A DNA stretch of 64,000 nucleotides from Alphaproteobacteria bacterium (GTDB lineage Bacteria > Pseudomonadota > Alphaproteobacteria > Bin95). Made by a program: the position numbers and the translations under genes. The DNA is taken from assembly GCA_965205265.1 (NCBI GenBank), contig CBDBGH010000003.1, forward strand, positions 3,584,001 through 3,648,000, read 5' to 3'. The notes beneath the pieces were generated by a model. The model saw nothing but the letters and a program-made list of their open reading frames with translations. It did no database searches and was not told the origin of the DNA. Positions 9,914 through 21,767 of this stretch are shown here, in pieces (the first letter of the stretch is position 1; each line of letters begins with the position of its first letter).

Positions 9914-10884
9914 TGCATGCGCCTCAACAGCCTGCGGTAGCGCGCGGCATTGCGATTGTGCTCCCGCAGCGTCCGTGCGAACAGATGACCGCCCTCGCCG
10001 TCGGCGACGAAATAGAGCGCGTCCGTTTCCGCCGGGCGGGCCGCCGCCTCCAGCGCCGCCAGGCCGGGATTGGCGATCGGGCCCGGCGGCAGCCCGTGGA
10101 TGCGGTAGGTGTTGTAGGGGTGGTCCGCGCGGAGGTCGGCACGGGTGAGCGGGCGCCCGAGCTCCCGCCGGCCGCCGGTGAGCGCATAGATGACCGTCGG
10201 ATCCGTCTGGAGGCGCATGCCGCGCTTCAGCCGGTTGACGAACACGCCGGCGATCCGGGCGCGCTCTCCCGACAGGCCGGTTTCCTTTTCGACGATCGAG
10301 GCCAGCGTGAGCAGCTCGGTCTCGCTCCCGAGCGGCGAGCCGGCCGGCCGGTCGCGGAACAGGCGCGCCAGTTCCCTGTCCATGGCGCGCTGCATCCGCG
10401 CCACAAGGTCCGCGCGGCTGTCGCCATGGCTGTAATGGTATGTCTCCGGCAGCAGCCGCCCCTCGCCGGGGTCGGGCGCCTCGCCCACCAGACCTTCGGT
10501 GTTCCGCAGAAGGTCCAGCACGGCGGCGGTGGTGAGCCCCTCCGGCACCGTCAACCGGCGCACGACGGTCTCGCCCGCCACCAGCAGGTCACGAACGGAG
10601 GCGGCGCTGATGCCGGCGGGAAAGTCGTATTCGCCCGCTTTCAGGCGGCTCTCGGCGCCGTCCACGATCACGAAGATCCGGAACGCCAGCGGGTGGCGCA
10701 GCACGCCCCGTTCGGCGAGCAGCGCCGCCAGCGGCGCCAGGCCCGCGCCCTTCGGCACGACGACCCGGCGCGTCTCGGCGAGCGGGCCGGGCGCGTTGAA
10801 GTCCTGCCAGGCCCGGAACGCGAACCCGGCAGCGGCCGCCGCCAACAGTGCCAGGAGGACGCCGACAAGCCGGCGGCGGCGCAT
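9910..10884 (-). CDS. mltG: Endolytic transglycosylase MltG
   Basis: LASIVEKET, RLQTDPTVIY, YNTY..GLPPGPIANPG. Confidence 0.95.
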   Translation of the reverse strand: MRRRRLVGVLLALLAAAAAGFAFRAWQDFNAPGPLAETRRVVVPKGAGLAPLAALLAERGVLRHPLAFRIFVIVDGAESRLKAGEYDFPAGISAASVRDLLVAGETVVRRLTVPEGLTTAAVLDLLRNTEGLVGEAPDPGEGRLLPETYHYSHGDSRADLVARMQRAMDRELARLFRDRPAGSPLGSETELLTLASIVEKETGLSGERARIAGVFVNRLKRGMRLQTDPTVIYALTGGRRELGRPLTRADLRADHPYNTYRIHGLPPGPIANPGLAALEAAARPAETDALYFVADGEGGHLFARTLREHNRNAARYRRLLRRMQ

Positions 10885-10890
10885 CGAGGG

Positions 10891-12153
10891 TCAGGGCGCG
10901 CCGGCGAAGACCAGCGAGGTATTGGTGCCGCCGAACCCGAAGGAATTGGAAAGCGCATGCTCGATCCTGCGTTCCTTTGCCGCGCCGGGCACGAGGTCGA
11001 GGTCGCAGCCATCCGAGGGGTCTTCGAGATTCAGCGTCGGCGGCGCGATACCGCATTGCACGGCCTTGATGGTGAAGATCGCCTCGATGGCCCCGGCCGC
11101 GCCGAGCAGGTGGCCGTGGGCGGACTTGGTGGAGGACATGGAAAGCTCGTAGGCATGGTCTCCGAACAGGCGCTTCACGGCACCGAGTTCGATCTCGTCG
11201 CCGAGCGGCGTCGAGGTCCCGTGGGCGTTGATGTAGTCGATGTTGTCGGGGTCGAGCCCGGCCCGCTTCAGCGCCGCCTCCATGGCGCGGTAGCCGCCGT
11301 CGCCGTCGGCTGCGGGTGCGGTGATGTGGTGGGCGTCGCCGGAGAGGCCGTAGCCGATGACCTCGGCATAGATCCGGGCCCCGCGCGCCTTCGCGTGCTC
11401 ATACTCCTCCAGCACGATGCAGCCCGCGCCCTCGCCCATGACGAAACCGTCGCGCGCCTTGTCCCATGGCCGGGAGGCGCGCTCGGGCTCGTCGTTGAAA
11501 TTCGTCGAAAGCGCCCGGGAGGCGGCGAAACCGGCGATGCCGAGCCGGCAGATCGCGGCCTCCGCCCCGCCCGCCACCATGACGTCGGCGTCGTCCAGCG
11601 CGATCAGCCGGGCCGCATCGCCGATGGCGTGCGCCGCCGTCGCGCAGGCGGTGACCACCGAATGGTTGGGGCCCTTGAAGCCGTATCTGATCGAAACCTG
11701 CCCGGAGACGAGGTTGATGAGCGCGGACGGGATGAAAAACGGGCTGATGCGCCGGGGGCCGCGTTCCTGCAGCAGGATCGAGGCGTCGTGGATGGTCTGC
11801 AGGCCGCCGATGCCGGAGCCGATCATGACGCCGGTGCGGTTCCGGCCCTCCTCGTCCTCCGGCTCCCAACCCGAATCTCCGACCGCCTGGTCGGCTGCGA
11901 CCATGCCGTAGATGATGAACGGGTCGAGCTTGCGCCGGTCCCTGGCGGGCATCCACTCTTCCGGGTCCCAGCGGCCGTCCTCGCGGCTGCCCGCCGGCAG
12001 GTATGCGGCGATGCGGCAAGGCAGGTCGGACACATCGAAGGTGTCTATGGGGCCGATCCCGGACTCGCTCTCGATCAGCCTCTTCCAGGAGGGTTCGACG
12101 CCGATTCCCATCGGCGAAACCAGCCCCATCCCGGTGACCACCACGCGGCGCAT
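10891..12153 (-). CDS. fabF: 3-oxoacyl-ACP synthase II
   Basis: TACAT, AHGTST, GHLLGAAG, SNSFGFGG. Confidence 0.97.
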   Translation of the reverse strand: MRRVVVTGMGLVSPMGIGVEPSWKRLIESESGIGPIDTFDVSDLPCRIAAYLPAGSREDGRWDPEEWMPARDRRKLDPFIIYGMVAADQAVGDSGWEPEDEEGRNRTGVMIGSGIGGLQTIHDASILLQERGPRRISPFFIPSALINLVSGQVSIRYGFKGPNHSVVTACATAAHAIGDAARLIALDDADVMVAGGAEAAICRLGIAGFAASRALSTNFNDEPERASRPWDKARDGFVMGEGAGCIVLEEYEHAKARGARIYAEVIGYGLSGDAHHITAPAADGDGGYRAMEAALKRAGLDPDNIDYINAHGTSTPLGDEIELGAVKRLFGDHAYELSMSSTKSAHGHLLGAAGAIEAIFTIKAVQCGIAPPTLNLEDPSDGCDLDLVPGAAKERRIEHALSNSFGFGGTNTSLVFAGAP

Positions 12154-12174
12154 GCCGTTTCCCCCGGGGCCGCG

Positions 12175-12408
12175 TCAGGCGTTCTCGTTGATATAGTCGA
12201 TCGCGTTCTTGACTGTCACGATCTTCTCTGCGGCATCGTCGGGTATCTCGACGCCGAATTCCTCTTCGAACGCCATCACCAGTTCGACCGTGTCGAGACT
12301 GTCGGCGCCCAGATCGTCGATAAAACTCGCCCCTTCAACGACCTTGCTCTCTTCCACGCCGAGATGCTCCACGACGATTTTCTTCACGCGATCGGCGATA
12401 TCGCTCAT
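12175..12408 (-). CDS. acpP: Acyl carrier protein
   Basis: [20 protein letters not shown]. Confidence 0.98.
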   Translation of the reverse strand: MSDIADRVKKIVVEHLGVEESKVVEGASFIDDLGADSLDTVELVMAFEEEFGVEIPDDAAEKIVTVKNAIDYINENA

Positions 12409-12518
12409 TCAATCCCCTCCCTTCAGGAATGTTCTTGCAGGTCCGCCGCTGCGGCCTCCGGGCCCCGGCACGGGGGCAAGGCTCATAGCACAGCCCGCAG
12501 GGCCGGGCCAGAGCCGCG

Positions 12519-13253
12519 TCATATCATCGCCATGCCGCCGTTCACATGCAGCGTCTGGCCGGTGACATAGGCCGCCTCGTCGCTCGCCAGGAACACCGCC
12601 GCGGCGGCGACATCCTCGGGCAGGCCGAAACGCCCGGCCGGCACGCGGCCGAGCGCGTCGGCCCGTTGCTTCTGGTTCAGCTCCTGCGTCATGGCGGTGT
12701 CGATGAAGCCGGGCGCGATGCAATTGACTGTCACGCCCCGCCCCGCGACCTCGGCGGCGACGGCCTTGGTCATGCCGATCATGCCGGCCTTGGAGGCCGC
12801 GTAATTAGCCTGGCCCGGATTGCCGGTGACGCCAACCACGGAGGAGACCGCGATAATGCGCCCGCGCCGGCGGCGCATCATGCCGCGCAGCGCGGAACGG
12901 GCGAGCCGGAAGCCCGCCGTCAGGTTGATGTCGAGCACGGTCTGCCAGTCCTCGTCGCGCATGCGCAGGAAGAGGCCGTCGCGCGTGACGCCGGCATTGC
13001 TGATCAGGATGTCGAGAGGCCCGAGCGCCTCTTCCGCGCGCGCGACCAGGCCGTCGGCGGCTTCGCTGTCGGCAAGATTGCAGGGCAGCACGGCCGCGCC
13101 GTCGAACTCGCCCGCCAGCGCCTCCAGCGCCGCCTCGCGGGTGCCGGACAGTCCGACGCGGGCGCCTTGCGCCGCCAGCGCGCGCGCGATCGCGGCGCCG
13201 ATGCCGCCCGATGCGCCGGTAACCAGCGCGGTTCTGTCGGAGAGGTCGAACAT
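12519..13253 (-). CDS. fabG: 3-oxoacyl-ACP reductase
   Basis: TGASGGIG, NAGVTRD, YAASK, GQTLHVNGG; upstream of acpP. Confidence 0.95.
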   Translation of the reverse strand: MFDLSDRTALVTGASGGIGAAIARALAAQGARVGLSGTREAALEALAGEFDGAAVLPCNLADSEAADGLVARAEEALGPLDILISNAGVTRDGLFLRMRDEDWQTVLDINLTAGFRLARSALRGMMRRRRGRIIAVSSVVGVTGNPGQANYAASKAGMIGMTKAVAAEVAGRGVTVNCIAPGFIDTAMTQELNQKQRADALGRVPAGRFGLPEDVAAAAVFLASDEAAYVTGQTLHVNGGMAMI

Positions 13254-13271
13254 GGGGCTAAAGCCGCCTTT

Positions 13272-14090
13272 CTAGCTGTCGAGCGCGAGTTCTGACATCG
13301 GGTAGCCGGCGCTGCGGGGAATGCGCAGCACCCGCCCGCCCGGCGTGGCGGCGACGCGCGTCATCACCGTTTCCACGGGCTCGGCCTCCGCGCGCCTCAG
13401 CGCGTCGGCCACGGTGCCGGACCGCGCCAGCCGGGAGAGGATGGCGCGGGTCGGGAACATGATCGGCCGGTTCCCCTCGGCCGCGTCGCGAAGCGCTGTC
13501 TGCGGCCGGATCCAGAGCGAGTCCACGGATTCGGAGCCGTCATGGCTGCCGTCCTGGCCCGGCGGCAGGGCGGCCAGGTAGAAATGCACGTCGAAGCGCC
13601 GGGCCGAGTGCTCGGGCGTGATCCAGTGCGCGCAATGGCAGAGCGCCGCCGTATCGGCAACGAGGTCCTCGGCTTCGAGGAAGCTGTCGAAGAGCACGCT
13701 GCCGTCATGCACGCCGGCCCGCCAGCGCGCGACGATCCGCCCGGCGTCTTCCGGAGGCAGCATCGTCTCCGCGCGCCGCGCCAGCAGCACGCCCGTCTCC
13801 TCGAACGCCTCGCGCACGGCCGCGATGCGATGCGCCCTCGCCCTCTCGCCGAAGCGCCCGGTGGCGCGCGCAGCGAGCGCAGGGCAGGCGTCTTCCGGAT
13901 CGACCTTGCCGCCCGGAAAGACCAGCGCGCCGGAAGAGAAGTCGAGTTCCGGGCTGCGCAGCACCATGAAGACTTCGAGGCCGTCCGGCCCGTCGCGCAG
14001 GATGAGCACGCTGGCGGCGGGCTTCGGAATCGCCGGGGACCGTTCCATGCCGGCCCTTATAGCGGCGGCGGAGGGCGAGGGCACGGGCAT
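13272..14090 (-). CDS. NUDIX hydrolase (NUDT19-like); start may be 14048
   Basis: FPGGKVD...AAVREAFEETG Nudix box, HWITP..RRFD. Confidence 0.85.
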   Translation of the reverse strand: MPVPSPSAAAIRAGMERSPAIPKPAASVLILRDGPDGLEVFMVLRSPELDFSSGALVFPGGKVDPEDACPALAARATGRFGERARAHRIAAVREAFEETGVLLARRAETMLPPEDAGRIVARWRAGVHDGSVLFDSFLEAEDLVADTAALCHCAHWITPEHSARRFDVHFYLAALPPGQDGSHDGSESVDSLWIRPQTALRDAAEGNRPIMFPTRAILSRLARSGTVADALRRAEAEPVETVMTRVAATPGGRVLRIPRSAGYPMSELALDS

Positions 14091-14145
14091 TCCGTCGCGC
14101 AGGGCATGCAGGGCTTGAAATCCGTATCGATCCGGTCCAGTTTCT

Positions 14146-14170
14146 AATCCGGAGTGAATGACTACGGATT
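14146..14170. promoter_or_regulatory. Palindromic operator upstream of the suf operon (likely Rrf2 autoregulation site)
   Basis: AATCCGGAGT-gaatg-ACTACGGATT, arms match 9/10, 6 bp before the Rrf2 ATG; TTGAAA at 14115. Confidence 0.55.
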
Positions 14171-14176
14171 GAGGCG

Positions 14177-14617
14177 ATGCTGAGACTGAGCCGGATGAAC
14201 GACTATGCCGTCGTCGTTCTGGGGCAATTGGCGTCCCGGCCGGAACGGCCGCGGTCGGCGAGCGAGGTCGCCGAGGCGACCGGCCTTGCCGCCTCCACCG
14301 TGTCCCAGGTGCTCAAGGCGCTGGCCCATGCCGGGCTGGTGGCCTCGGTCCGGGGCGCGCATGGCGGCTATACGGCCGACCGGCCGCCGGAAGACATTTC
14401 CGTCGCCGAGATCGTGCTGGCGGTGGACGGGCCGGTGGCGCTCACCGCCTGCGTGGACGGCGGCGACTGCGCCATAGAGGCGACCTGCCTGCTGCGCGGC
14501 TCCTGGGACCGGATCAACAATGCTGTCCGGGACGCGCTGGAAGAGGTGACGCTCGCCGACATGCTGGCCCCGATGCGGGATTTCTCGCGTTTCGAGCCCG
14601 AGGAGTTGCGCCCATGA
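14177..14617 (+). CDS. Rrf2-family SUF system Fe-S regulator (IscR-like)
   Basis: SVRGAHGGY wing, C-x5-C-x5-C cluster ligands; first gene of the suf operon. Confidence 0.9.
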   Translation: MLRLSRMNDYAVVVLGQLASRPERPRSASEVAEATGLAASTVSQVLKALAHAGLVASVRGAHGGYTADRPPEDISVAEIVLAVDGPVALTACVDGGDCAIEATCLLRGSWDRINNAVRDALEEVTLADMLAPMRDFSRFEPEELRP

Positions 14618-16067
14618 GCCGCGTTGCCGCCGAAACCGTCGAGCAGGTCCGCTCGCTGGGCGACCGCTACAAATACGGCTTCGTCACCGATATCGAGTCC
14701 GAGCAGGCCCCCAAGGGGCTGAACGAGGACATCGTGCGCTTCATCTCCGCCATCAAGGACGAGCCCGAATGGCTGCTGGAATGGCGCCTCGAGGCCTTCC
14801 GCCACTGGCAGACCATGACCGAGCCGAACTGGGCGAAGCTCGGTATCCCGATGATCGACTACCAGGACGCCTACTACTATTCCGCGCCCAAGCAGAAGGA
14901 AGGGCCGAAATCGCTCGACGAGGTGGACCCCGAATTGCTGGCCACCTACGACAAGCTCGGCATCCCGCTCCGCGAGCAGGAAATGCTGGCGGGCGTCGCC
15001 GTGGACGCAGTGTTCGACAGCGTCTCGGTCGCCACCACCTTCAAGGCGAAGCTGGAGGAGCACGGCGTCATCTTCTGCCCGATCTCCGAGGCGGTGCAGA
15101 ACCACCCGGACCTGGTGCGGAAATATCTGGGTTCGGTGGTCCCCTACACCGACAATTTCTTCGCCACGCTCAACTCCGCCGTCTTCACCGACGGGTCTTT
15201 CGTGTTCGTGCCGAAGGGCGTGCGCTGCCCGATGGAGCTGTCCACCTATTTCCGCATCAACGCCGCCAATACCGGGCAGTTCGAGCGCACGCTCATCATC
15301 GCGGAGGACTCCTCCTATGTGAGCTATCTGGAGGGCTGCACGGCGCCGATGCGCGACGAACACCAGCTCCATGCCGCAGTCGTCGAGCTGGTGGCGCTGG
15401 ACGACGCCGAGATCAAGTATTCGACCGTTCAGAACTGGTATCCGGGCGACGAGAACGGCGTCGGCGGCATCTTCAACTTCGTCACCAAGCGGGGAGCCTG
15501 CATCGGCGCGCGCTCGAAGATTTCCTGGACGCAGGTCGAGACGGGCTCTGCGATCACCTGGAAGTATCCGAGCTGCATGCTGCACGGCGCGGACTCGGTC
15601 GGCGAGTTCTATTCCATCGCCATCACCAACAACTGCCAGCAGGCGGACACCGGCACCAAGATGGTGCATATGGGCCCGCGTTCGCGCTCGCGCGTGATCT
15701 CCAAGGGCATCTCAGCGGGCCGCGCGAGCAACGCCTATCGCGGCCTCGTCAAGATGCTGCCGGGCGCAGCCAGCGCCCGAAACTACACGCAATGCGACTC
15801 GCTTCTGATCGGCTCGCAATGCGGCGCGCACACCTTCCCCTACATCGAGAGCCAGAACCGCTCGGCCCGCGTCGAGCACGAGGCCACGACCTCGAAGATC
15901 GACGACGACCAGCTTTTCTACTGCCGCCAGCGCGGCATCGGCGAGGAGGAAGCGGTGGCGCTGATCGTCAACGGGTTCTGCCGCGAAGTGCTGCAGCAAT
16001 TGCCGATGGAGTTCGCGGTCGAGGCCCAGAAGCTCGTCGGTATCTCTCTCGAAGGATCGGTCGGCTG

Positions 16068-16068
<1 letters not shown>
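14614..16068 (+). CDS. sufB: Fe-S cluster assembly protein SufB
   Basis: [34 protein letters not shown]. Confidence 0.97.
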
Positions 16069-16813
<745 letters not shown>

Positions 16814-16817
<4 letters not shown>

Positions 16818-18019
16818 CGCTCGGCGTCGACAGCTACCGGGAGGCGTTCGAGAGCATCCGCGCCTCGCTGCCGGGCGAACGCGGCGCCGCCTTCAACGCC
16901 TTCGCCGCGAAGGGCTTCCCGACCAACCGGGTCGAGGCGTGGAAATATACGAGCCTGCGCCCGCTCGCGCGTCAGCGCTTCCGGCCGGCGGAGCCCGACT
17001 TGGAGGCCGCGGTGCCCCTCCTCGGCGACGGGCCGCGTATCGTGCTGGTGAACGGCTTCCTCCGCGAGGACCTCACGACCGTCCCCGTCGGCCGCTGGGC
17101 CGGGCCGAACGGCCGGGCGGACGCGGATGGAGAGCCGCTGGTCGCGCTCAACGCCGCCATGGCGGGCGACGGCTATGTGCTTGAGATCGCCGACACGCAG
17201 GAAGAGCCTATCGAGATCGTCCATGCGACCGTTCCGGGCCAGACCGGTCCGGTAGCCCAGTCGCGCAACCGCATTACGGTCGAGGCCGGGGGCGCGGCCC
17301 ATGTCATCGAGCGGCATATCGCACTCGGCAACGGCGCCTATTTCGTCAACGGCGTGACCGGGATCGAAGTGGCGGCCGGCGGCAGGCTCCGCCATACCAA
17401 GCTCCAGGAGGAAGGGGCGGACGCGCACCATCTCTGGTTCATGCCCGCCCGGCTCGGCCGGAAGGCGGCGCTGGAGAGCACGGTCTTTACCTTCGGCGCG
17501 CGGCTTTCGCGCAACCAGATCGAGGCGGACATCCTGGGCGAAGGCGCGGAACTGTCGCTCAAGGGGGCCTATGCCGTCGCCGGCCGGCAGCTTGCCGACC
17601 ATACGAGCCGCATCGAGCACCGCGCGGCGGGTGCGACCAGCCGGCAGGTGTACAAGGGCGCCATCGGCGGGCAGGCGCGCGGCGTCTTCCAGGGCCATAT
17701 CGTCGTCGCCGAGGGCGCGCAGAAGACCGACGGCCACCAGCTCAACCGCGCGCTGCTGCTCTCCGGCCGGGCCGAGATCGACGCCAAGCCCGTGCTCGAA
17801 ATCTATGCCGACGACGTGCAGTGCAGCCACGGCGCAACCGCCGGCGACATAGACGGCGACGCCCTGTTCTACCTGCGCTCGCGCGGCATCCCGGCCGACG
17901 CCGCCCGCGGGCTGCTGGTGCGGGCGTTCCTTTCCGAGATTCTGGACGAAACGCCCGGCGACGCGCTGCGCAGGGCGGTCGAAGAACGAATAGACGCTTT
18001 TCTGGAGGCCGGCGCATGA
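16814..18019 (+). CDS. sufD: Fe-S assembly protein SufD
   Basis: EAWKYT, AQKTD, KPVLEIYADDVQCSHGAT, LFYLRSRGI. Confidence 0.95.
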
Positions 18020-19269
18020 GCCCGGACAGCACCCCGTCCCTCAGGCCGAATTACGATGTAATGGCGATCCGCGAGGATTTCCCGATCCTCGCGCGCGAGG
18101 TGTTCGGCAAGCCGCTGGTCTATCTGGACACGGGTGCCAGCGCCCAGAAGCCCCGCCAGGTCATCCGCGCGATGACGCAAGTGATGGAGGAGACCTACTC
18201 CAATGTCCACCGGGGCGTGCATTTCCTCTCCCAGGCCTGCACGGACCAGTTCGAGGCGGCGAGGGAGACGGTGGCGCGCTTCATCAATGCGCGCGAGGCC
18301 GACGAGATCGTCTGGACGCGGGGCGCGACGGAGGCCCTCAACCTCGTCGCCTCCGCCTGGGGCCGGGCGAATCTCGGGCCCGGCGACCGGATCGTAATCT
18401 CGACGCTGGAGCACCATTCCAACATCGTGCCGTGGCAATTGCTGCGCGACGGGACGGGGGCGGAGCTTGCCGTCATTCCTGTGGACGATGCGGGCGAGGT
18501 CGATCTCGACGCCTATGCCGTCCTGCTGGACGGGCGGGTGAAGCTCGTCTCGGTCACCCATGTCTCCAACGCCATCGGCACCGTGCTGCCGATCGGGCAG
18601 ATGGCGCGGATGGCGCATGAGGCGGGCGCGCTGTTCATGGTGGACGGCTGCCAGGCCGCGCCGCATATGGCCGTCGATGTGCAGGAGCTCGACGTCGATT
18701 TCTACTGCTTCTCCGGGCACAAGACCTACGGGCCGACGGGCATCGGCGCGCTCTGGGGCCGGAAGGCGCTGCTCGACGCCATGCCCCCCTACCAGGGCGG
18801 CGGCGAGATGATCGCGCATGTCACCTTCGAGAAGAGCACCTTCAAGGACGCCCCGCACAAATTCGAGGCCGGCACGCCCGCCATCGTCGAGGCGGTGGGG
18901 CTGGGCGCGGCGCTCGACTATATCGAGGCCGTCGGGCGCGACGCGATCCTGGCGCACGAAACGGATGTCGCCGAATATGCCCGCGAGCGCCTCGCCGCCG
19001 TGCCGGGGGTGCGCATCGTCGGCCATGCGCGCGAGCGGGGCGCCATCGTCTCCTTCACCATGGAGCAGGCGCATCCCCACGATATCGGCACCATCATCGA
19101 CCGGGCGGGCGTGGCGGTGCGCGCCGGCCATCACTGCGCCTTTCCGGTCATGGAGCGCTTCGATGTCGGGGCTACGGCCAGGGCCTCTTTCGGGCTCTAC
19201 AACATGAAGAGCGAGGTGGACCGGCTGGTCGAGGCGCTGGACGAGGTCGCGGAGATTTTCGGGCGATGA
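18016..19269 (+). CDS. sufS: Cysteine desulfurase SufS
   Basis: YLDTGASAQKP, EHHSNIVPW, SGHK (PLP lysine), RAGHHCA. Confidence 0.96.
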   Translation: MSPDSTPSLRPNYDVMAIREDFPILAREVFGKPLVYLDTGASAQKPRQVIRAMTQVMEETYSNVHRGVHFLSQACTDQFEAARETVARFINAREADEIVWTRGATEALNLVASAWGRANLGPGDRIVISTLEHHSNIVPWQLLRDGTGAELAVIPVDDAGEVDLDAYAVLLDGRVKLVSVTHVSNAIGTVLPIGQMARMAHEAGALFMVDGCQAAPHMAVDVQELDVDFYCFSGHKTYGPTGIGALWGRKALLDAMPPYQGGGEMIAHVTFEKSTFKDAPHKFEAGTPAIVEAVGLGAALDYIEAVGRDAILAHETDVAEYARERLAAVPGVRIVGHARERGAIVSFTMEQAHPHDIGTIIDRAGVAVRAGHHCAFPVMERFDVGATARASFGLYNMKSEVDRLVEALDEVAEIFGR

Positions 19270-19733
19270 ACGAGCTGCGCGAACTTTACCAGGAGGTGAT
19301 CCTCGACCATGGCCGCAATCCGCGCAATTTCCGCCGCATCGAGGACGCCGACGGCGAGGCGAAGGGCGACAACCCGCTCTGCGGCGACCGGGTGCATGTC
19401 TATGTCAAGCTGGACGGGGCGGGCGGGCTCGGCGACGTGGCCTTCCAGGGCCGCGGCTGCGCGATTTCGACCGCTTCGGCCTCGATGATGACCGAGTTGC
19501 TGAAGGGGCGGAGCGAGGCGGAGGCGCGGCGGCTGTTCGACGTGTTCCACGCTGTCTGCACGGACGAGGCGTTCGACCCGCTGGACGTGCCGGCGGAGTT
19601 CGAGGACGAGGCGGACCGGCTCCAGGTCATGGCGGGTGTGCGCCAGTTCCCGATGCGGGTAAAATGCGCGACCTTGCCGTGGCATACTTTCGCGGCCGCG
19701 CTCGACGGCAAACAGACGGCGACAACGGAATAG
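19266..19733 (+). CDS. sufU: SufU (NifU-like) sulfur-transfer protein
   Basis: NPLCGD, GCAISTAS, RVKCATL. Confidence 0.93.
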   Translation: MNELRELYQEVILDHGRNPRNFRRIEDADGEAKGDNPLCGDRVHVYVKLDGAGGLGDVAFQGRGCAISTASASMMTELLKGRSEAEARRLFDVFHAVCTDEAFDPLDVPAEFEDEADRLQVMAGVRQFPMRVKCATLPWHTFAAALDGKQTATTE

Positions 19734-19750
19734 GCGGGGACGGAAGGACG

Positions 19751-20149
19751 ATGGAAGGGACCTTGCCTTTCGAGCAGTGGATGGGCGGCGAGCCGCTGCA
19801 GGAGTTCCGCGCCGAGGCGGGAGTGCCGCTGGAGCCGGGCTCGCCGATTGCGCCGCGCGACAACCTGATCGCGGCGCTCAAGACCGTGTACGACCCCGAG
19901 ATTCCGGTGGACATTTACGAACTCGGCCTCATTTACGATCTCGAGCAGGCGGAGGACGGGTCGGTGCGCGTCGAGATGAGCCTGACCGCGCCCGGCTGCC
20001 CGGTCGCCGGCGAGATGCCGGGCATGGTGGCGGACGCCGTGGCCGCCGTGCAGGGCGTCGGCGAGGTCGAGGTCCGGCTGGTGTGGGAGCCGGCATGGAC
20101 GATGGAACGGATGAGCGAGGAGGCCCGCCTCGCGCTCGACATGTGGTGA
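19751..20149 (+). CDS. sufT: SufT / DUF59 Fe-S assembly protein
   Basis: DPEIPVDIYELGLIY, LTAPGCPVA, W..ERMSEEARL. Confidence 0.9.
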   Translation: MEGTLPFEQWMGGEPLQEFRAEAGVPLEPGSPIAPRDNLIAALKTVYDPEIPVDIYELGLIYDLEQAEDGSVRVEMSLTAPGCPVAGEMPGMVADAVAAVQGVGEVEVRLVWEPAWTMERMSEEARLALDMW

Positions 20150-20165
20150 GGAAAGGGAGGCGGAC

Positions 20166-20501
20166 ATGCCAGAACCTATGATCCGGATGACGGACGCCGC
20201 CGCCGAGCGGGTGCGCCACCTCATGTCGCTCTCGGAGGAGCCGGCCATCGGCCTGCGCGTCGGCGTGCGCTCGCGCGGCTGCTCGGGCCTCTCCTACTCC
20301 GTCGAATACGCCAAGGAGCGCAAGCCCTACGAGGAAGCCATCGAGTCGAACGGCGTGACCGTGCTGATCGACCCGACCGCGGTCATGTTCCTGATCGGCT
20401 CGGTGATGGACTACCGCGAGGGCATCTTCGAATCCGGCTTCACCTTCGAAAACCCCAACGCCAAAGGCACCTGCGGCTGCGGCGAAAGCTTCCACGTGTA
20501 G
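20166..20501 (+). CDS. sufA: A-type Fe-S carrier (SufA/IscA/HesB)
   Basis: GCSG and CGCGESF motifs. Confidence 0.9.
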   Translation: MPEPMIRMTDAAAERVRHLMSLSEEPAIGLRVGVRSRGCSGLSYSVEYAKERKPYEEAIESNGVTVLIDPTAVMFLIGSVMDYREGIFESGFTFENPNAKGTCGCGESFHV

Positions 20502-20593
20502 GAGGCGCCGACAGCCTGCCGCCGGGGCTTGAACCGGGCGGCTGCAGCCCCGATATTGGCGGCCGGTACCGACAACGCTAACGGAGACCGCAA

Positions 20594-21355
20594 ATGGCCT
20601 TCGACAATCTGAGGACGACGGCGCGCGCCGCCGGCCGCAGCACGACCCGCACGGCGGAGCTCGATGCCGGCCTGCGCAGGCATATGCTCGGCATCTACAA
20701 CTACATGGCCTCGGGCGTGCTGCTCACGGGCATCGTCGCCTATCTGGTGTTCACCATGGCGGTGGCCCAGACGCCAAGCGGCCAGATGGCGCTGACGACC
20801 TTCGGGCAGGCGATCTACCTCTCGCCGCTCAAATGGGTGCTGATGCTCTCGCCGCTCGCCTTCATCCTAGTGCTGAGCTTCGGCGTCCACCGCCTGAGCA
20901 CGCCCGCAACGCAGGGCCTGTTCTGGGTGTTCTGCGCGCTCATGGGCGCCAGCATCAGCTCGATCTTCCTGCAATATACGGGCACCAGCATCGCGCGCGT
21001 GTTCTTCATTACCGCGGCCGCCTTCGCCGGGCTCAGCCTCTACGGCTACACCACGAAGCGCGACCTTTCGGGCATGCGCTCCTTCCTGGTGATGGGGCTG
21101 ATCGGCGTCATCATCGCCTCGCTGGTCAACCTCTTCCTCGCCTCGAGCGCGCTGCATTTCGCCGTGTCGGTGATCGGCGTGCTGGTGTTCGCCGGCTTCA
21201 CCGCCTACGACACGCAGCGCATCAAGAGCGAGTACTATCACGGCTACGACGCCGCCGTGATGGCCAAGAAGTCGGTGATGGACGCGCTGATGCTCTATCT
21301 GAGCTTCATCAACATGTTCCTGCTGCTGCTGAGCCTGTTCGGCAACAGGGAATAG
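20594..21355 (+). CDS. Bax inhibitor-1/YccA family membrane protein
   Basis: DAGLRRHM..IYNYM, YGYTTKRDL, AYDTQRIK; seven TM segments. Confidence 0.92.
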   Translation: MAFDNLRTTARAAGRSTTRTAELDAGLRRHMLGIYNYMASGVLLTGIVAYLVFTMAVAQTPSGQMALTTFGQAIYLSPLKWVLMLSPLAFILVLSFGVHRLSTPATQGLFWVFCALMGASISSIFLQYTGTSIARVFFITAAAFAGLSLYGYTTKRDLSGMRSFLVMGLIGVIIASLVNLFLASSALHFAVSVIGVLVFAGFTAYDTQRIKSEYYHGYDAAVMAKKSVMDALMLYLSFINMFLLLLSLFGNRE

Positions 21356-21356
21356 C

Positions 21357-21665
21357 TCAGAGGCCGATCGTCACCGTTCCCCCGTCGTCGATAACCGGGC
21401 GCTTCACCAGGGCCGGATGCGCGAGCATCAGGCCCCGCGCCCGGCCGGCGTCGAGTTCCGCCTTCTCGGCCTCGTCGAGCGCCCGCCAGGTCGTGCTGCG
21501 CCGGTTGAGCAGCGCCTCCCAGCCGAGCGCGCCGATCCAGCGGTCCAGCATCGCGGCGTCCAGCCCGTCCTCGCGCAGGTCGTGGAACCGGTGTTCACGA
21601 TCCCCCAGCGCCTTCCGCGCCTTGCGGCAGGCATCGCAGCTCTTCAGGCCATAGACGGTCAGCAT
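21357..21665 (-). CDS. ArsC/Spx family protein (YffB-like)
   Basis: YGLKSCDACRKA, LNRRSTTWR, HPALVKRPV. Confidence 0.88.
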   Translation of the reverse strand: MLTVYGLKSCDACRKARKALGDREHRFHDLREDGLDAAMLDRWIGALGWEALLNRRSTTWRALDEAEKAELDAGRARGLMLAHPALVKRPVIDDGGTVTIGL

Positions 21666-21767
21666 GGGCGCGCATTCCTCGGTCTTGCGGGTCCGCTATA
21701 GTCGCATGGCCGCGTTCCGGAGGGGAAGCGCCGCCGGCCATATATGACGCTTCCGGGGAGACCGTTC

